Source: Prochlorococcus sp. AG-363-J23 (GTDB lineage Bacteria > Cyanobacteriota > Cyanobacteriia > PCC-6307 > Cyanobiaceae). Taken from it: a stretch of 64,000 bases of DNA. The DNA is taken from NCBI GenBank assembly GCA_003280245.1, contig QCFN01000001.1, positions 24,300 to 88,299 of the forward strand, in the 5' to 3' direction. This document shows, piece after piece, positions 1-8,503 of this stretch. Under the pieces are notes generated by a model that saw only the letters and a program-made list of their open reading frames with translations, was not told the origin of the DNA and did not search any database. The translations under genes were made by a program, and so were the position numbers. Each line of letters opens with the position of its first letter. Position 1 is the stretch's first letter.

Positions 1-1292
1 TGACTCAAGTTTTTTAATAATTTTGAAGGAGGTTTTTGCTCTGCAAATAAGACTTTCACATTTTCTTCTTTTAGCTCCCCTAATACTGTGGCAATAGTCT
101 GAGGCCTAAGGCTCCCTAAATAACCCATAAAATCTAATAAGCTAATAGTTTTCAAACCAAATGCATCTCCGTAGTATTCCATAGCTTTGTGCTTAGAAAC
201 GATCGTCCTTTGATTAGAAGGGATTGTGGATACTTGTCTTTGAGTCCATTGATCTAAATCTTCTAAAAGAGAATTAATAGATTTAGATCTTTCACTTACA
301 ATTTTCCTATTTTCTCTATCAAAAAATGAAATGTTCTTCTTGATGCTTCTAGAAATAATATTTCCCATCTTGATAATGTTATGAGGATCATGCCAGATAT
401 GAGGATCGGCTCCTCCATGGTTATGGTGATGATGATCACCGCCATCGTCTGGAATTTGGGCTATCGGTTCGACATCATTGCCTGAAACATCTTTAAAGAA
501 ATGCTCATCGGCTTCAAACTCAAAGGGCATATGCTCAGTAAAGAATACATATTTACCAGCTTTTTTAATTTCTACATTGAATGTTGTGCTTTCTTTCCTC
601 TCATTAAATGTGAGAACATATGCTTTTTCCTGTGCAACAAGTTGATCATTATTACGTTTAAATTCTGAATTGTTAGATTCTAATAATTCTTCAGCAAGTT
701 CTTCTGATGCTTCAATATCACCAGACTTGAGAATGACCATTTTCATAGCAGGGTCGGCATAGTCTCCATCGACTTTTGCAAAAGACCATGTGTAGGTTCC
801 TGGTGAAAGTTCAAAGACACCAGCCCATTCAAAAGCTTCTTCTCCATGACCTTTGCCGTGGTCATCATGATCGTCATGCTTCGCAGATGAGAGTTCATCA
901 TGGTCGTCATGGTCATCAATCTCTATTGCACTTACACCGACAACAGTAGTTATGGGTTTATCTTGCCAATTTTTTATTGAAGGAGTCATCTCTTGACCAA
1001 GGGTGAAAACTTGACTTGCATTATTTAGAGCTTGAGCCTGTCTAGGAGAAAATTTGACATCATGAACGTCTACTTTTCTGCCAATCAAACACTTAACTTG
1101 CTTTGAAGGTGGAGCAATTGCCTTGACCAAGTCACAGACCAGCGGCTCTATTGCAACTATTGGTTTCTCCTTGGCTTGTACTCCTTGAGCCGTTCCAGAT
1201 AAAAAAACCGCTCCTGCTAAAAGATAAGTTTTTAAAATTGATCTATTGATCGAAAGCCTTCTCTGGCTTGATTGCCCTAAGTGATCTGGCAT
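1..1292 (-). CDS. znuA: Zn/Mn-family (TroA/cluster-9) ABC transporter periplasmic substrate-binding protein, ZnuA-like. The C-terminus runs off the window. It carries a His/Asp-rich loop plus an inserted domain of about 125 aa.
   Basis: Own translation of the minus strand from the ATG at 1292 gives MPDHLGQSSQRRLSINRSILKTYLLAGAVFLSGTAQG (signal peptide) ... DDHDDHDELSSAKHDDHDDHGKGHG ... DDGGDHHHHNHGGADPHIWHDPHN. The frame stays open to position 1, so it is absent from the ORF track (no stop in the window). It is divergent from znuC/znuB. Confidence 0.8.
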   Translation of the reverse strand, partial: MPDHLGQSSQRRLSINRSILKTYLLAGAVFLSGTAQGVQAKEKPIVAIEPLVCDLVKAIAPPSKQVKCLIGRKVDVHDVKFSPRQAQALNNASQVFTLGQEMTPSIKNWQDKPITTVVGVSAIEIDDHDDHDELSSAKHDDHDDHGKGHGEEAFEWAGVFELSPGTYTWSFAKVDGDYADPAMKMVILKSGDIEASEELAEELLESNNSEFKRNNDQLVAQEKAYVLTFNERKESTTFNVEIKKAGKYVFFTEHMPFEFEADEHFFKDVSGNDVEPIAQIPDDGGDHHHHNHGGADPHIWHDPHNIIKMGNIISRSIKKNISFFDRENRKIVSERSKSINSLLEDLDQWTQRQVSTIPSNQRTIVSKHKAMEYYGDAFGLKTISLLDFMGYLGSLRPQTIATVLGELKEENVKVLFAEQKPPSKLLKNLS

Positions 1293-1318
1293 GCGAAGCG
1301 AACGAGTGTTGATACAAA

Positions 1319-1333
1319 CGATAATGGTTATCA
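1319..1333. promoter_or_regulatory. Candidate Zur box in the znuA/znuC divergent promoter
   Basis: The sequence is cGATAAtggTTATCA, a 6-3-6 palindrome. It lies in the 90-bp gap between the znuA start (1292) and the likely znuC ATG (1383). It matches the cyanobacterial Zur consensus TGATAATNATTATCA and shares 14 of 15 positions with the site at 5503-5517. Confidence 0.6.
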
Positions 1334-1382
1334 TTTCTAATCGGCAAGCATATTGTTGTTTCATCTGGAAATACTCTTATCC

Positions 1383-2087
1383 ATGGCCAGTTTGATTGCT
1401 GAAAATTTGACATATTCCTATTCAAGGCAAAGTCATCTTGTTTTGGATGAGGTCTCAGTTGAGCTCAAACCTGGAACTATGACTGCACTTGTTGGTCCAA
1501 ATGGTGCTGGTAAGTCAACATTGTTAGGTCTACTCCAAGGCCGCAGTAAGCCTAATAAAGGTGAAATCACCATTGATGGTCATCCGTTGTTTGATAGTCG
1601 ATCCCAAGTTGCTCTAATGCCTCAAAGAGGAAGGTTGAACTGGAATTTTCCAATTACTGTTGAAGGCTTGGTCTCTTTAGGGCGAGTGAATCATTCAAGA
1701 TCAACATGTTGTGAACTAGAAGCTGCACTACAAAGAGTGGGAATATCTGATTTAGCAAATAGGAGACTCGATTCCTTGTCTGGCGGGCAACAACAAAGAG
1801 CATTACTTGCAAAAACTTTAATGACTCCATCAAAAATAATTCTTCTTGATGAACCTTGTTCTGCATTAGATCCACCTGCAAGAGAAGATTTTCTATTAAT
1901 CATTCGCCAGCTGGCTGATGCTGGGCTATCACTTTTTATTAGTAGTCACGATTGGGGGATATCTCTAAACGCGTATGACAAGGTCGTTGCTTTGGATAAG
2001 CATGTTTTGGCTTCTGGTACTCCTGAAGTAGTGAAAGAAAAACTTGATTCATTTAGCTGTATGCATAGTAGTTATTGCCGTGCTTAA
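1383..2087 (+). CDS. znuC: Zinc ABC transporter ATP-binding protein
   Basis: Walker A GPNGAGKST, signature LSGGQQQR and Walker B ILLDEP are present. The track ORF starts at a TTG (1353). The ATG at 1383 (MASLIAENLTYSY) is the more likely start. Confidence 0.85.
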   Translation: MASLIAENLTYSYSRQSHLVLDEVSVELKPGTMTALVGPNGAGKSTLLGLLQGRSKPNKGEITIDGHPLFDSRSQVALMPQRGRLNWNFPITVEGLVSLGRVNHSRSTCCELEAALQRVGISDLANRRLDSLSGGQQQRALLAKTLMTPSKIILLDEPCSALDPPAREDFLLIIRQLADAGLSLFISSHDWGISLNAYDKVVALDKHVLASGTPEVVKEKLDSFSCMHSSYCRA

Positions 2088-2880
2088 TGTTTACTCAACC
2101 CTTGAAACTTGGTGGTTAATTCCTTTTTGCGTAATTCTATTGACAGGAATACTTTGCCCGGCCATGGGGACTATATTAATTACCCATAAGCGACTTCTGC
2201 AAGTTAATTTAATCTCTCATTGTGTCCTGCCAGGATTGGTTTTGGCAGTAGCACTTGGCGTTAGTCCTTCCATAGGTGGTGTTTTTAGTGGGTTGTTTGG
2301 ATCTCTTGCAGCAGAAGCATTGACCAACAAAAAAAATGAAAATTATGAAGCAATAATGAATACAATTCTTGCTAGTTCTCTTGGTCTTGGTGTTCTTCTT
2401 ATACCTCTTCTTGGAATTAGGATCGATTTAGAATCTGTTCTATTTGGTGATTTATTAACTGCAAATTTAGGCGACTTATCAAGAACTATTATTTCTTTCT
2501 TAGTATTTATTTCTTTGATACTTTTTGGTTACGAAAAGCTTGTACATATTGGATTAGACCAGGAAGGGGCTTCTGACAGTGGCATAAAAGTATCTTATTT
2601 AAATTTACTGCTTGGTCTTACGAGTGCGCTTGTTATTGTTAGTTCAATGTCTGCAATTGGAGTCATTCTTGTAATTGCTTTGCTTTCCGCTCCTGCCTTA
2701 TTAGGTCTGCAACAAGCCCCATCTTTACGGGTTGCTATGGTTAGATCTGCAATCTTTGGATCTTTAATATCAGTTTTAGGTTTTTTGCTTGCGATTGCTT
2801 TCAATATGTCTCCAGGTCCCCTTGTTGCTGTTTTATGCATTCTCTTAATAGGATTGTTACCTAGAAAAAGAAATAATTGA
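2044..2880 (+). CDS. znuB: Zinc ABC transporter permease (ABC-3 family)
   Basis: Polytopic hydrophobic protein immediately after, and overlapping, znuC. The start is uncertain: TTG at 2044 or a GTG near 2079 that overlaps the znuC stop. Confidence 0.8.
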   Translation: MIHLAVCIVVIAVLNVYSTLETWWLIPFCVILLTGILCPAMGTILITHKRLLQVNLISHCVLPGLVLAVALGVSPSIGGVFSGLFGSLAAEALTNKKNENYEAIMNTILASSLGLGVLLIPLLGIRIDLESVLFGDLLTANLGDLSRTIISFLVFISLILFGYEKLVHIGLDQEGASDSGIKVSYLNLLLGLTSALVIVSSMSAIGVILVIALLSAPALLGLQQAPSLRVAMVRSAIFGSLISVLGFLLAIAFNMSPGPLVAVLCILLIGLLPRKRNN

Positions 2881-3020
2881 TCTATTTTCTGTAATTAGAC
2901 CTACGGAGTTATTGGCTTGCTTTTAAACTAAAAGGCAGAGCTTTGTGCATGAAAAACCTCTGACTAAGCAGGGTTGTAACAAGGTTGGAGTAGAAGGAGG
3001 ATTTAGCGGTTGTATTCGAT

Positions 3021-4100
3021 TTATGAAAATCCTTTAGGAGATGTTTTTATGCGATTTTTAAAATCCCAAACATTAATTCCTCCGTTTGCATTAACGGCTG
3101 CTAGAGCACAGTCATCAGGTCGCCAGGCAATTGCTTCGACACGGCCTCCTACGAATGCACCGCCAAGTGGCTCACCATGACCATTCTTCTGGAGAAGCCA
3201 TACAAAAACCGAACCATCCCTTGATCCAGAGGCTAATAGTGACCCTCGATTGGAGAAAGCGAGGCTGGAAATCGCTCCAATGTGAAGGTCTAACTCTCCT
3301 GGTACCGTTCCTTCAGGACCATTACCTTGAAAACTCCAAACTGTTATTCGTTCACCTCCTCCAGTGGCAAGAACCATGCCGGTTTGATCAAATGCTAGTT
3401 GACTTGGCTTGCCTGGATACCCAGTCATCTCAGCATCTTGCGCAGTTGAACGTCTCCAGAAATGAACAGAATTGTCTTGACTACCGCAAGCCACAATGTC
3501 GCCATCAGGGCTAAGCACCATCGACACGAGTGAGCCTTGCCATTCCAGCTTCTGATTGACCTGGTCACGAATTACATCGTAAAAAGTGACTCGGCCGTAG
3601 CATGCAGTTGCTAATTCATTCGACTTTGACCAAGCAACCGCACTGACAGTACTCAGATGTTTATCTGAGCGCCAATGTTCTTTTCCATCAGCACCAAAAA
3701 CATAGACGTAATGCGAAAAGACTACGGCTAAGAATTGTCCATCTGGTGACCATTGGAGATGTTCGACCCATCCTTTACCGATTTCCAATGCCTTATTTGA
3801 CTCACCTTCTTTACTCTTCCAAATCAGAACACGTCCATCCTGACCTGCAGTAGCAAAGATATGTCCATCTGGATGAATGGACATTGCAAGTATGCCACCT
3901 TCATGGACTTCCTTTCGATGCCAAAGGGTGGTTCCAGACTTGCCTTCAAAGGCATAAAGGCCTCCTGCAGCATCACCCACCAAAAAAGCATTACCTTCTA
4001 GTGCCCATCCGCAAACAATGACATAATCGGCGACTTCAGTACTCCACCCCTCGTGAAGCATACCCCGACCCTGAGGGCCGAGTTCTCTTATGTCAGGCAT
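3021..4100 (-). CDS. WD40-repeat beta-propeller protein
   Basis: The protein contains reiterated units of the form DG.(I/L)A(T/S)(A/G)(G/S)(Q/R)DG.V..W, for example ATAGQDGRVLIWK, ACGSQDNSVHFWR and ASGSRDGSVFVWL. Its ATG (4098-4100) lies inside the last codons of the upstream COG0523 reading frame. Confidence 0.85.
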   Translation of the reverse strand: MPDIRELGPQGRGMLHEGWSTEVADYVIVCGWALEGNAFLVGDAAGGLYAFEGKSGTTLWHRKEVHEGGILAMSIHPDGHIFATAGQDGRVLIWKSKEGESNKALEIGKGWVEHLQWSPDGQFLAVVFSHYVYVFGADGKEHWRSDKHLSTVSAVAWSKSNELATACYGRVTFYDVIRDQVNQKLEWQGSLVSMVLSPDGDIVACGSQDNSVHFWRRSTAQDAEMTGYPGKPSQLAFDQTGMVLATGGGERITVWSFQGNGPEGTVPGELDLHIGAISSLAFSNRGSLLASGSRDGSVFVWLLQKNGHGEPLGGAFVGGRVEAIAWRPDDCALAAVNANGGINVWDFKNRIKTSPKGFS

Positions 4101-4290
4101 TTGTCGAACCCACTTTGCAAGGCCTCTTCATCAAGGTTCCGACCGATGAACACGAGTTGATTTCGGCGAGGTTCATTACCCCACTCCCTATCAGGCTGTG
4201 AGGTAAAGAGCATATGTACACCTTGAAAAACTATTCTCCGCGGCTCGCCTGCATAACTAATAAACCCCTTTGTCCTAAAATATCTACACC
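4088..4290 (-). pseudogene. Displaced C-terminal remainder of the COG0523 CobW_C domain (other frame)
   Basis: The 76-aa ORF 4088..4318 reads ...RTKGFISYAGEPRRIVFQGVHMLFTSQPDREWGNEPRRNQLVFIGRNLDEEALQSGFDKC. This is the canonical end of CobW_C. It joins frame A right after ...EKGVDI if one extra base is assumed in the homopolymer at 4277-4280. Confidence 0.6.
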
Positions 4291-5469
4291 TTTTTCTGAG
4301 AGGAGACGCCCTAACCACTTATTGAGTTTTTCTGGATCGACATCGCCTAATCGCTCGATAGCAATTGAGCCCACTTCATCATCGTGTTCGTGTTGTGCTA
4401 CCCAAGTTCGCTCTGCTATAGGAGGAATTAAAAGATCATTCTGTTGATTACTTCCTGACTCAGAAACTGAAGTATCCATTCTTCTCACTTTGATATCGAA
4501 TTCCTCGGCCGTGTGCTGAGTGAATAAACCAAGATGTCCAGATTTTTCAACTTCAAGCGAAAACGACTTGCGCCCCTCGGACTGCAGCTGAAGGTTCACA
4601 TGCTTGTTCAGTGGGATTTTGTCACCTGGATGTAGGAGTTCAGCAGATTCAGCGTAAAGTCGCACACATGATTCTGCACCTTCATTGAGAGATTCTTCGT
4701 CTGTGCCTTGGTCAGCTACAACGACGAGAGACATCATCGGGTCAGGCCCCTCTTCGAGACTAACTTCGTAACGACCAGGCTCAAGTTGAAAAACACCCGT
4801 CCACTCAAATGGATACTCTGGTTCTAGGAAGCTGGGGCGGCGTTCCAAAACCTGGTCAAGGTCAAAAGCACCGAGGTTTAGAACAGTTTCAACAGAGACA
4901 TCCGCTTGCTTACTACGTACGACACGCGCCATACGGTTCATGTCACGTAGTCGTGCTTCAAGAGTATCGAGCGACTCATCAGAAACGAGATCAGTTTTGT
5001 TCAGAACCAGTACGTCGGCAAATGCAACCTGCTCGGAACTCTCATCACTGCGTCCCAATTGCTGATCAATATGAGCTGCATCAACAAGCGTAACGATCCC
5101 ATCGAGTGAAAATTCTGAACGAATTTCATCGTCCATGAAGAATGTTTGAGCAACAGGACCGGGGTCGGCAAGCCCCGTGGTCTCAACCAATACATAATCG
5201 AACTTATCGCGTCTCTTCATGAGGTTCCCAAGTACGCGAATTAGATCGCCTCGAACGGTGCAGCAAATGCATCCGTTGGACATCTCAAAAACCTCTTCGT
5301 CAGCATTGATCACCAGTCCCTGATCAATTCCAACTTCACCATATTCATTCTCAATAACAGCAATTCGTTTACCGTGTTCTTCGCTAAGAATCTTGTTAAG
5401 AAGAGTCGTCTTTCCAGAACCAAGAAATCCAGTAAGGATTGTTACGGGTACTTTTTGAGTACCTTTCAT
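4231..5469 (-). CDS. COG0523 (CobW/YjiA/ZigA-like) metallochaperone GTPase, as far as the first frame stays open
   Basis: P-loop GFLGSGKTT, metal motif GCICCT and Walker B/G4 LVLNKTD are present, followed by the start of a CobW_C domain (HEHDDEVGSIAIE...KLNKWLGRLL). The frame ends prematurely inside that domain. Confidence 0.8.
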   Translation of the reverse strand: MKGTQKVPVTILTGFLGSGKTTLLNKILSEEHGKRIAVIENEYGEVGIDQGLVINADEEVFEMSNGCICCTVRGDLIRVLGNLMKRRDKFDYVLVETTGLADPGPVAQTFFMDDEIRSEFSLDGIVTLVDAAHIDQQLGRSDESSEQVAFADVLVLNKTDLVSDESLDTLEARLRDMNRMARVVRSKQADVSVETVLNLGAFDLDQVLERRPSFLEPEYPFEWTGVFQLEPGRYEVSLEEGPDPMMSLVVVADQGTDEESLNEGAESCVRLYAESAELLHPGDKIPLNKHVNLQLQSEGRKSFSLEVEKSGHLGLFTQHTAEEFDIKVRRMDTSVSESGSNQQNDLLIPPIAERTWVAQHEHDDEVGSIAIERLGDVDPEKLNKWLGRLLSEKGVDILGQRGLLVMQASRGE

Positions 5470-5502
5470 AGCCTTAAAAGCAGAAAAACAGCTCGATTAT
5501 AT

Positions 5503-5517
5503 TGATAATGGTTATCA
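5503..5517. promoter_or_regulatory. Candidate Zur box upstream of the COG0523-WD40 operon
   Basis: The sequence is TGATAAtggTTATCA, with perfect 6-bp arms. It lies 34-48 bp upstream of the COG0523 ATG (5469). Confidence 0.6.
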
Positions 5518-5689
5518 TAATCATGCTTATTTCCTTTTCAAGACGTGCTTCACCCAAGCTTTCTTGGGTAGCAAATATGTATAAAATCTAGATTTTGCGT
5601 TTTTTATCTCATAGGTTAATGCCAACTTTGAGCTGCTCGGCAAGCTCTAAAACTCAGATCGTCATTTCGCTACTGGATATTGATCGAAT

Positions 5690-5727
5690 GATTCAGCCAA
5701 ATCTCTCGTCTGAAATCTGCCTGATAT
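5690..5727 (+). repeat. Candidate left att-like direct repeat
   Basis: GATTCAGCCAAATCTCT...GCCTGATAT here is colinear with GGTTTGCCAGAATCTCT...GCCTGATAT at 10261-10292. Confidence 0.3.
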
Positions 5728-5735
5728 GTAGAGAC

Positions 5736-8081
5736 TTAGAAGCACTCCAACCTTTTTAAGGTGCTCTCTATTTCCGTTTTCGCTATATCTTTCCCCATTG
5801 CTTTGATCCATCTTTGGATTTCTGGCACTGTACTTTTTCCATTCTCTAAGGCAGCTTCAACCATATCTTTTATATAGCAAAGCCCTCCTTTCTGCATGGT
5901 GTGCATAGTGTGCAGGGTTTTTTCTGAGACTTCTTTTATATCTTCTTTTTTAAATTCTTTCTCTTTAGAAGAAAAGTTAGAGAGATGACCCTGCATACCC
6001 TGCATAGGTAAATGAGATGCACTTCCCCGCCTTGGTTCTGGTGGTGAAGGGTTGGAATGCAGGGTCGGGCTGGGTGCAGGGTCTAACCCTGCATCTGCAA
6101 CTTTGAGTCCGAAGAAAGAGGCCAGGTCAAAGTCTTTCAATGGACTGATTTTGTAGATGATCCCTGCACTACTTCTCTGACTCTGCACTTTTGGAATCTT
6201 TTTAATTTGGAGCCCAAAGTTTTTCTGACTGGGCTTTTTTATGCCTTGCTCAACAGTCCATTCGACAAATTCGTTATATAGCTTTTGGGCTTGTCTTTCT
6301 CCACCTTCCTCACATTTTTCAAGAATGAATCGAAGGTATGGATTCTGATCGAGGGCGTTTTCTATAGAAGCTTCTCTAACTGCTTTAACTTCTCCTCTTT
6401 TCTTGAGAGTGTTTTGCATCTCGGGTTCGAGCATGCTCCAGCACCATTGAAAGATTCCCTCAATTTCATCTCGTAATTTTTGTTTTAAGGACGGATCTGG
6501 TGAAGCTGCTGATCTTTCAATTCTGAAAGTAACCATCCTTCTAGTAAGACCTTCTTGCCCACCTCCACTTATGGAAGGTTGGTCATTAAATGCTCTCCAA
6601 ATAACTACTCCTAGCCTTGCATCGAAAGGATCAACGTATAGGCGTTTTACAGGTACAAGCTCATTACTAACTATTGAATTGAACATTCCTGGATCTTTAT
6701 AATGTCCGCTTGCATCGGCGTCTATACCGATCTTTTTTCCTATTAATTTAAATCGTTCAGTGTCCGAGGAAAAGGTAGCCGCTCTTGCTGTTCCAACAGC
6801 TTCTTTTCCGACTACATGTTGGAGGACTTCCAGCAAAGTTCCTTTTCCGCATCCTTTAGGCCCGTATAGATCAAAGAAGACTTCTAAGAGAAAAGGTTCA
6901 TCAATTTTCTTTGCACTAACTGACCAACGAAATGCGCTCCTAAGTAATTGAATAACTTCCTCATCTCCTTTAAAAGTTTCTGCTAGGAACTTCAACCAGC
7001 GTGGACATTTAGCTTTTGGGTCATAGTTGAATTTGAAGCTATGAGTCAGATAATCATCTCTTCTATGGAGTGGCTCAAATTTCTGGGCATTTAGGTCATA
7101 TGTCCCATTTTTAAAGCTCATTAAGTGGGACTGATTCCATGTTTGGTGCTTTAGGCGAGCTAGTAGTTCATCCTTCACTCCATTTAAAAGATTGCGGCTT
7201 CTTTTATCCCAAAGCATTAAATCCATCCATTCATGAAGAGGTAAATCCAGAGCAGTTTTTGGATTCTCTTCTAAATACTCCCAATGAGTTCCCGCCCATT
7301 TGTATAACCCGATAAGAGGGTTAAAGGCATAGTCTTTTTTAAAAATTGGAGTCGCTGTAACTGCCTTGTAATGTGTTTCTGATGTCCCATTAGGCTCAGG
7401 TTTCCAGGTCTTAAAGGGTTGAGCTACATCAACCAATTTCTGAAAAGCTTCTCTTCCGTGGCGACAAATAAAGTCATCGCCTCCATTCTTTGAGCCATCT
7501 ATTTCGCAAGGCAAAAGCACTATTCGCACAATTGCCCCTTTCTCTTTCAATGCATTGCAGAGACCATCCAGAGCATTTCGAACGGTGGTTTTAGTAGTTA
7601 CGTCACTATCAAAAACTATAAAAACTTCTCTCTTATCCCAATGAAGTTTCTCTAGTTCAGGCAGAAATCCTGAGCGATTATCCCTCCAGCAATCAACTCC
7701 ACTCAGTCCAATGGTTGGGAATCCGTTATGAGTTAATGAATCCGCTTTCTTCTCACCTTCACCAATAAAACTCCTCTTATGAGGTTTAAGAGAATTCTTT
7801 GGAAGTAGCGGAGAAAAATATGGTCTACATCCTCCATTTTTTGGAGATAGATATTTTGCATCTTCTGTCTGTCCAGGGTCAGGTTTGAGTCGATAGAAGG
7901 GTTTTCCATTGTGCAAATAAGGTTTTCCTTCTGGATCTTTGAAAAGAACAATCCATCCTGAATATCCATAACCAGTGAGATTCTTAGCCTCACTTTTCGT
8001 GACGCTGCGATAGTCCAAGAGATGATGAACCGACTCTGGGATTCCAGACTCAACTAGTTCTTGTATATGTTTTTTCAGCAT
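5736..8081 (-). CDS. Replicative primase-helicase: Toprim/DUF3854-like N-terminus plus P4/D5-family NTPase C-terminus
   Basis: Toprim-like motifs GEGEKKADSL and VFIVFDSD are followed by Walker A GPKGCGKGTLLEVL. The 781-aa size and architecture are typical of phage, plasmid and satellite primases. Confidence 0.7.
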   Translation of the reverse strand: MLKKHIQELVESGIPESVHHLLDYRSVTKSEAKNLTGYGYSGWIVLFKDPEGKPYLHNGKPFYRLKPDPGQTEDAKYLSPKNGGCRPYFSPLLPKNSLKPHKRSFIGEGEKKADSLTHNGFPTIGLSGVDCWRDNRSGFLPELEKLHWDKREVFIVFDSDVTTKTTVRNALDGLCNALKEKGAIVRIVLLPCEIDGSKNGGDDFICRHGREAFQKLVDVAQPFKTWKPEPNGTSETHYKAVTATPIFKKDYAFNPLIGLYKWAGTHWEYLEENPKTALDLPLHEWMDLMLWDKRSRNLLNGVKDELLARLKHQTWNQSHLMSFKNGTYDLNAQKFEPLHRRDDYLTHSFKFNYDPKAKCPRWLKFLAETFKGDEEVIQLLRSAFRWSVSAKKIDEPFLLEVFFDLYGPKGCGKGTLLEVLQHVVGKEAVGTARAATFSSDTERFKLIGKKIGIDADASGHYKDPGMFNSIVSNELVPVKRLYVDPFDARLGVVIWRAFNDQPSISGGGQEGLTRRMVTFRIERSAASPDPSLKQKLRDEIEGIFQWCWSMLEPEMQNTLKKRGEVKAVREASIENALDQNPYLRFILEKCEEGGERQAQKLYNEFVEWTVEQGIKKPSQKNFGLQIKKIPKVQSQRSSAGIIYKISPLKDFDLASFFGLKVADAGLDPAPSPTLHSNPSPPEPRRGSASHLPMQGMQGHLSNFSSKEKEFKKEDIKEVSEKTLHTMHTMQKGGLCYIKDMVEAALENGKSTVPEIQRWIKAMGKDIAKTEIESTLKRLECF

Positions 8082-8257
8082 GGGAAAAACCCCAGTCCCG
8101 CCCTCTGTTCCGCCATGCGGGATATTCCTTTTGGATAAATTCCTTTTATGGGAATCGATTTAAGAGACTTAGATTTCTGCGTATTACGCAGAGAATCAAT
8201 TATTATGGGATCTAAGACGTTACCTTGACCCTCAGCTATTCGGTTGGGGGTCATTTT

Positions 8258-8497
8258 TTATTCCCCCGAAAGGATCGCAATTCCCTTTTTGCTAATCCTT
8301 CCTCGAAGGTGAAATTGTTTTTTTACACTTTCGATGTCCCAACGAATCGGGGAGTTTTCGTGTTGCCCGTAGATGTAATCAATCCCGCCAGCTAAAAAGC
8401 CACCTCGGTCATCTCGAGCACGCATAAGAGTTTGCGCAGAGATATTTAGCCGCCTTGCAGCTTCAGGGGTTTTAACCCATTCAATTTGTTCAGACAT
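8258..8497 (-). CDS. Small HTH DNA-binding protein (excisionase/MerR-like)
   Basis: The 79-aa protein contains WVKTPEAARRLNISAQTLMRARDD, an HTH pattern typical of Xis/AlpA-type proteins. It lies between the integrase and the primase. Confidence 0.5.
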   Translation of the reverse strand: MSEQIEWVKTPEAARRLNISAQTLMRARDDRGGFLAGGIDYIYGQHENSPIRWDIESVKKQFHLRGRISKKGIAILSGE

Positions 8498-8503
8498 TTA
8501 CGA

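Noticed and set aside
1243-1425. A 60-aa minus-strand ORF spanning the znuA/znuC intergenic region
   Set aside because: It overlaps the znuA signal-peptide codons in another frame, the Zur box and the znuC start. It has an implausible composition, and the region is better explained as a divergent promoter.
4270-4290. Programmed -1 ribosomal frameshift in the COG0523 gene
   Set aside because: The site (GAT ATT TTA GGA) is not an X XXY YYZ slippery heptamer, and I see no downstream stimulatory structure. A mutation or a homopolymer sequencing error is more parsimonious.
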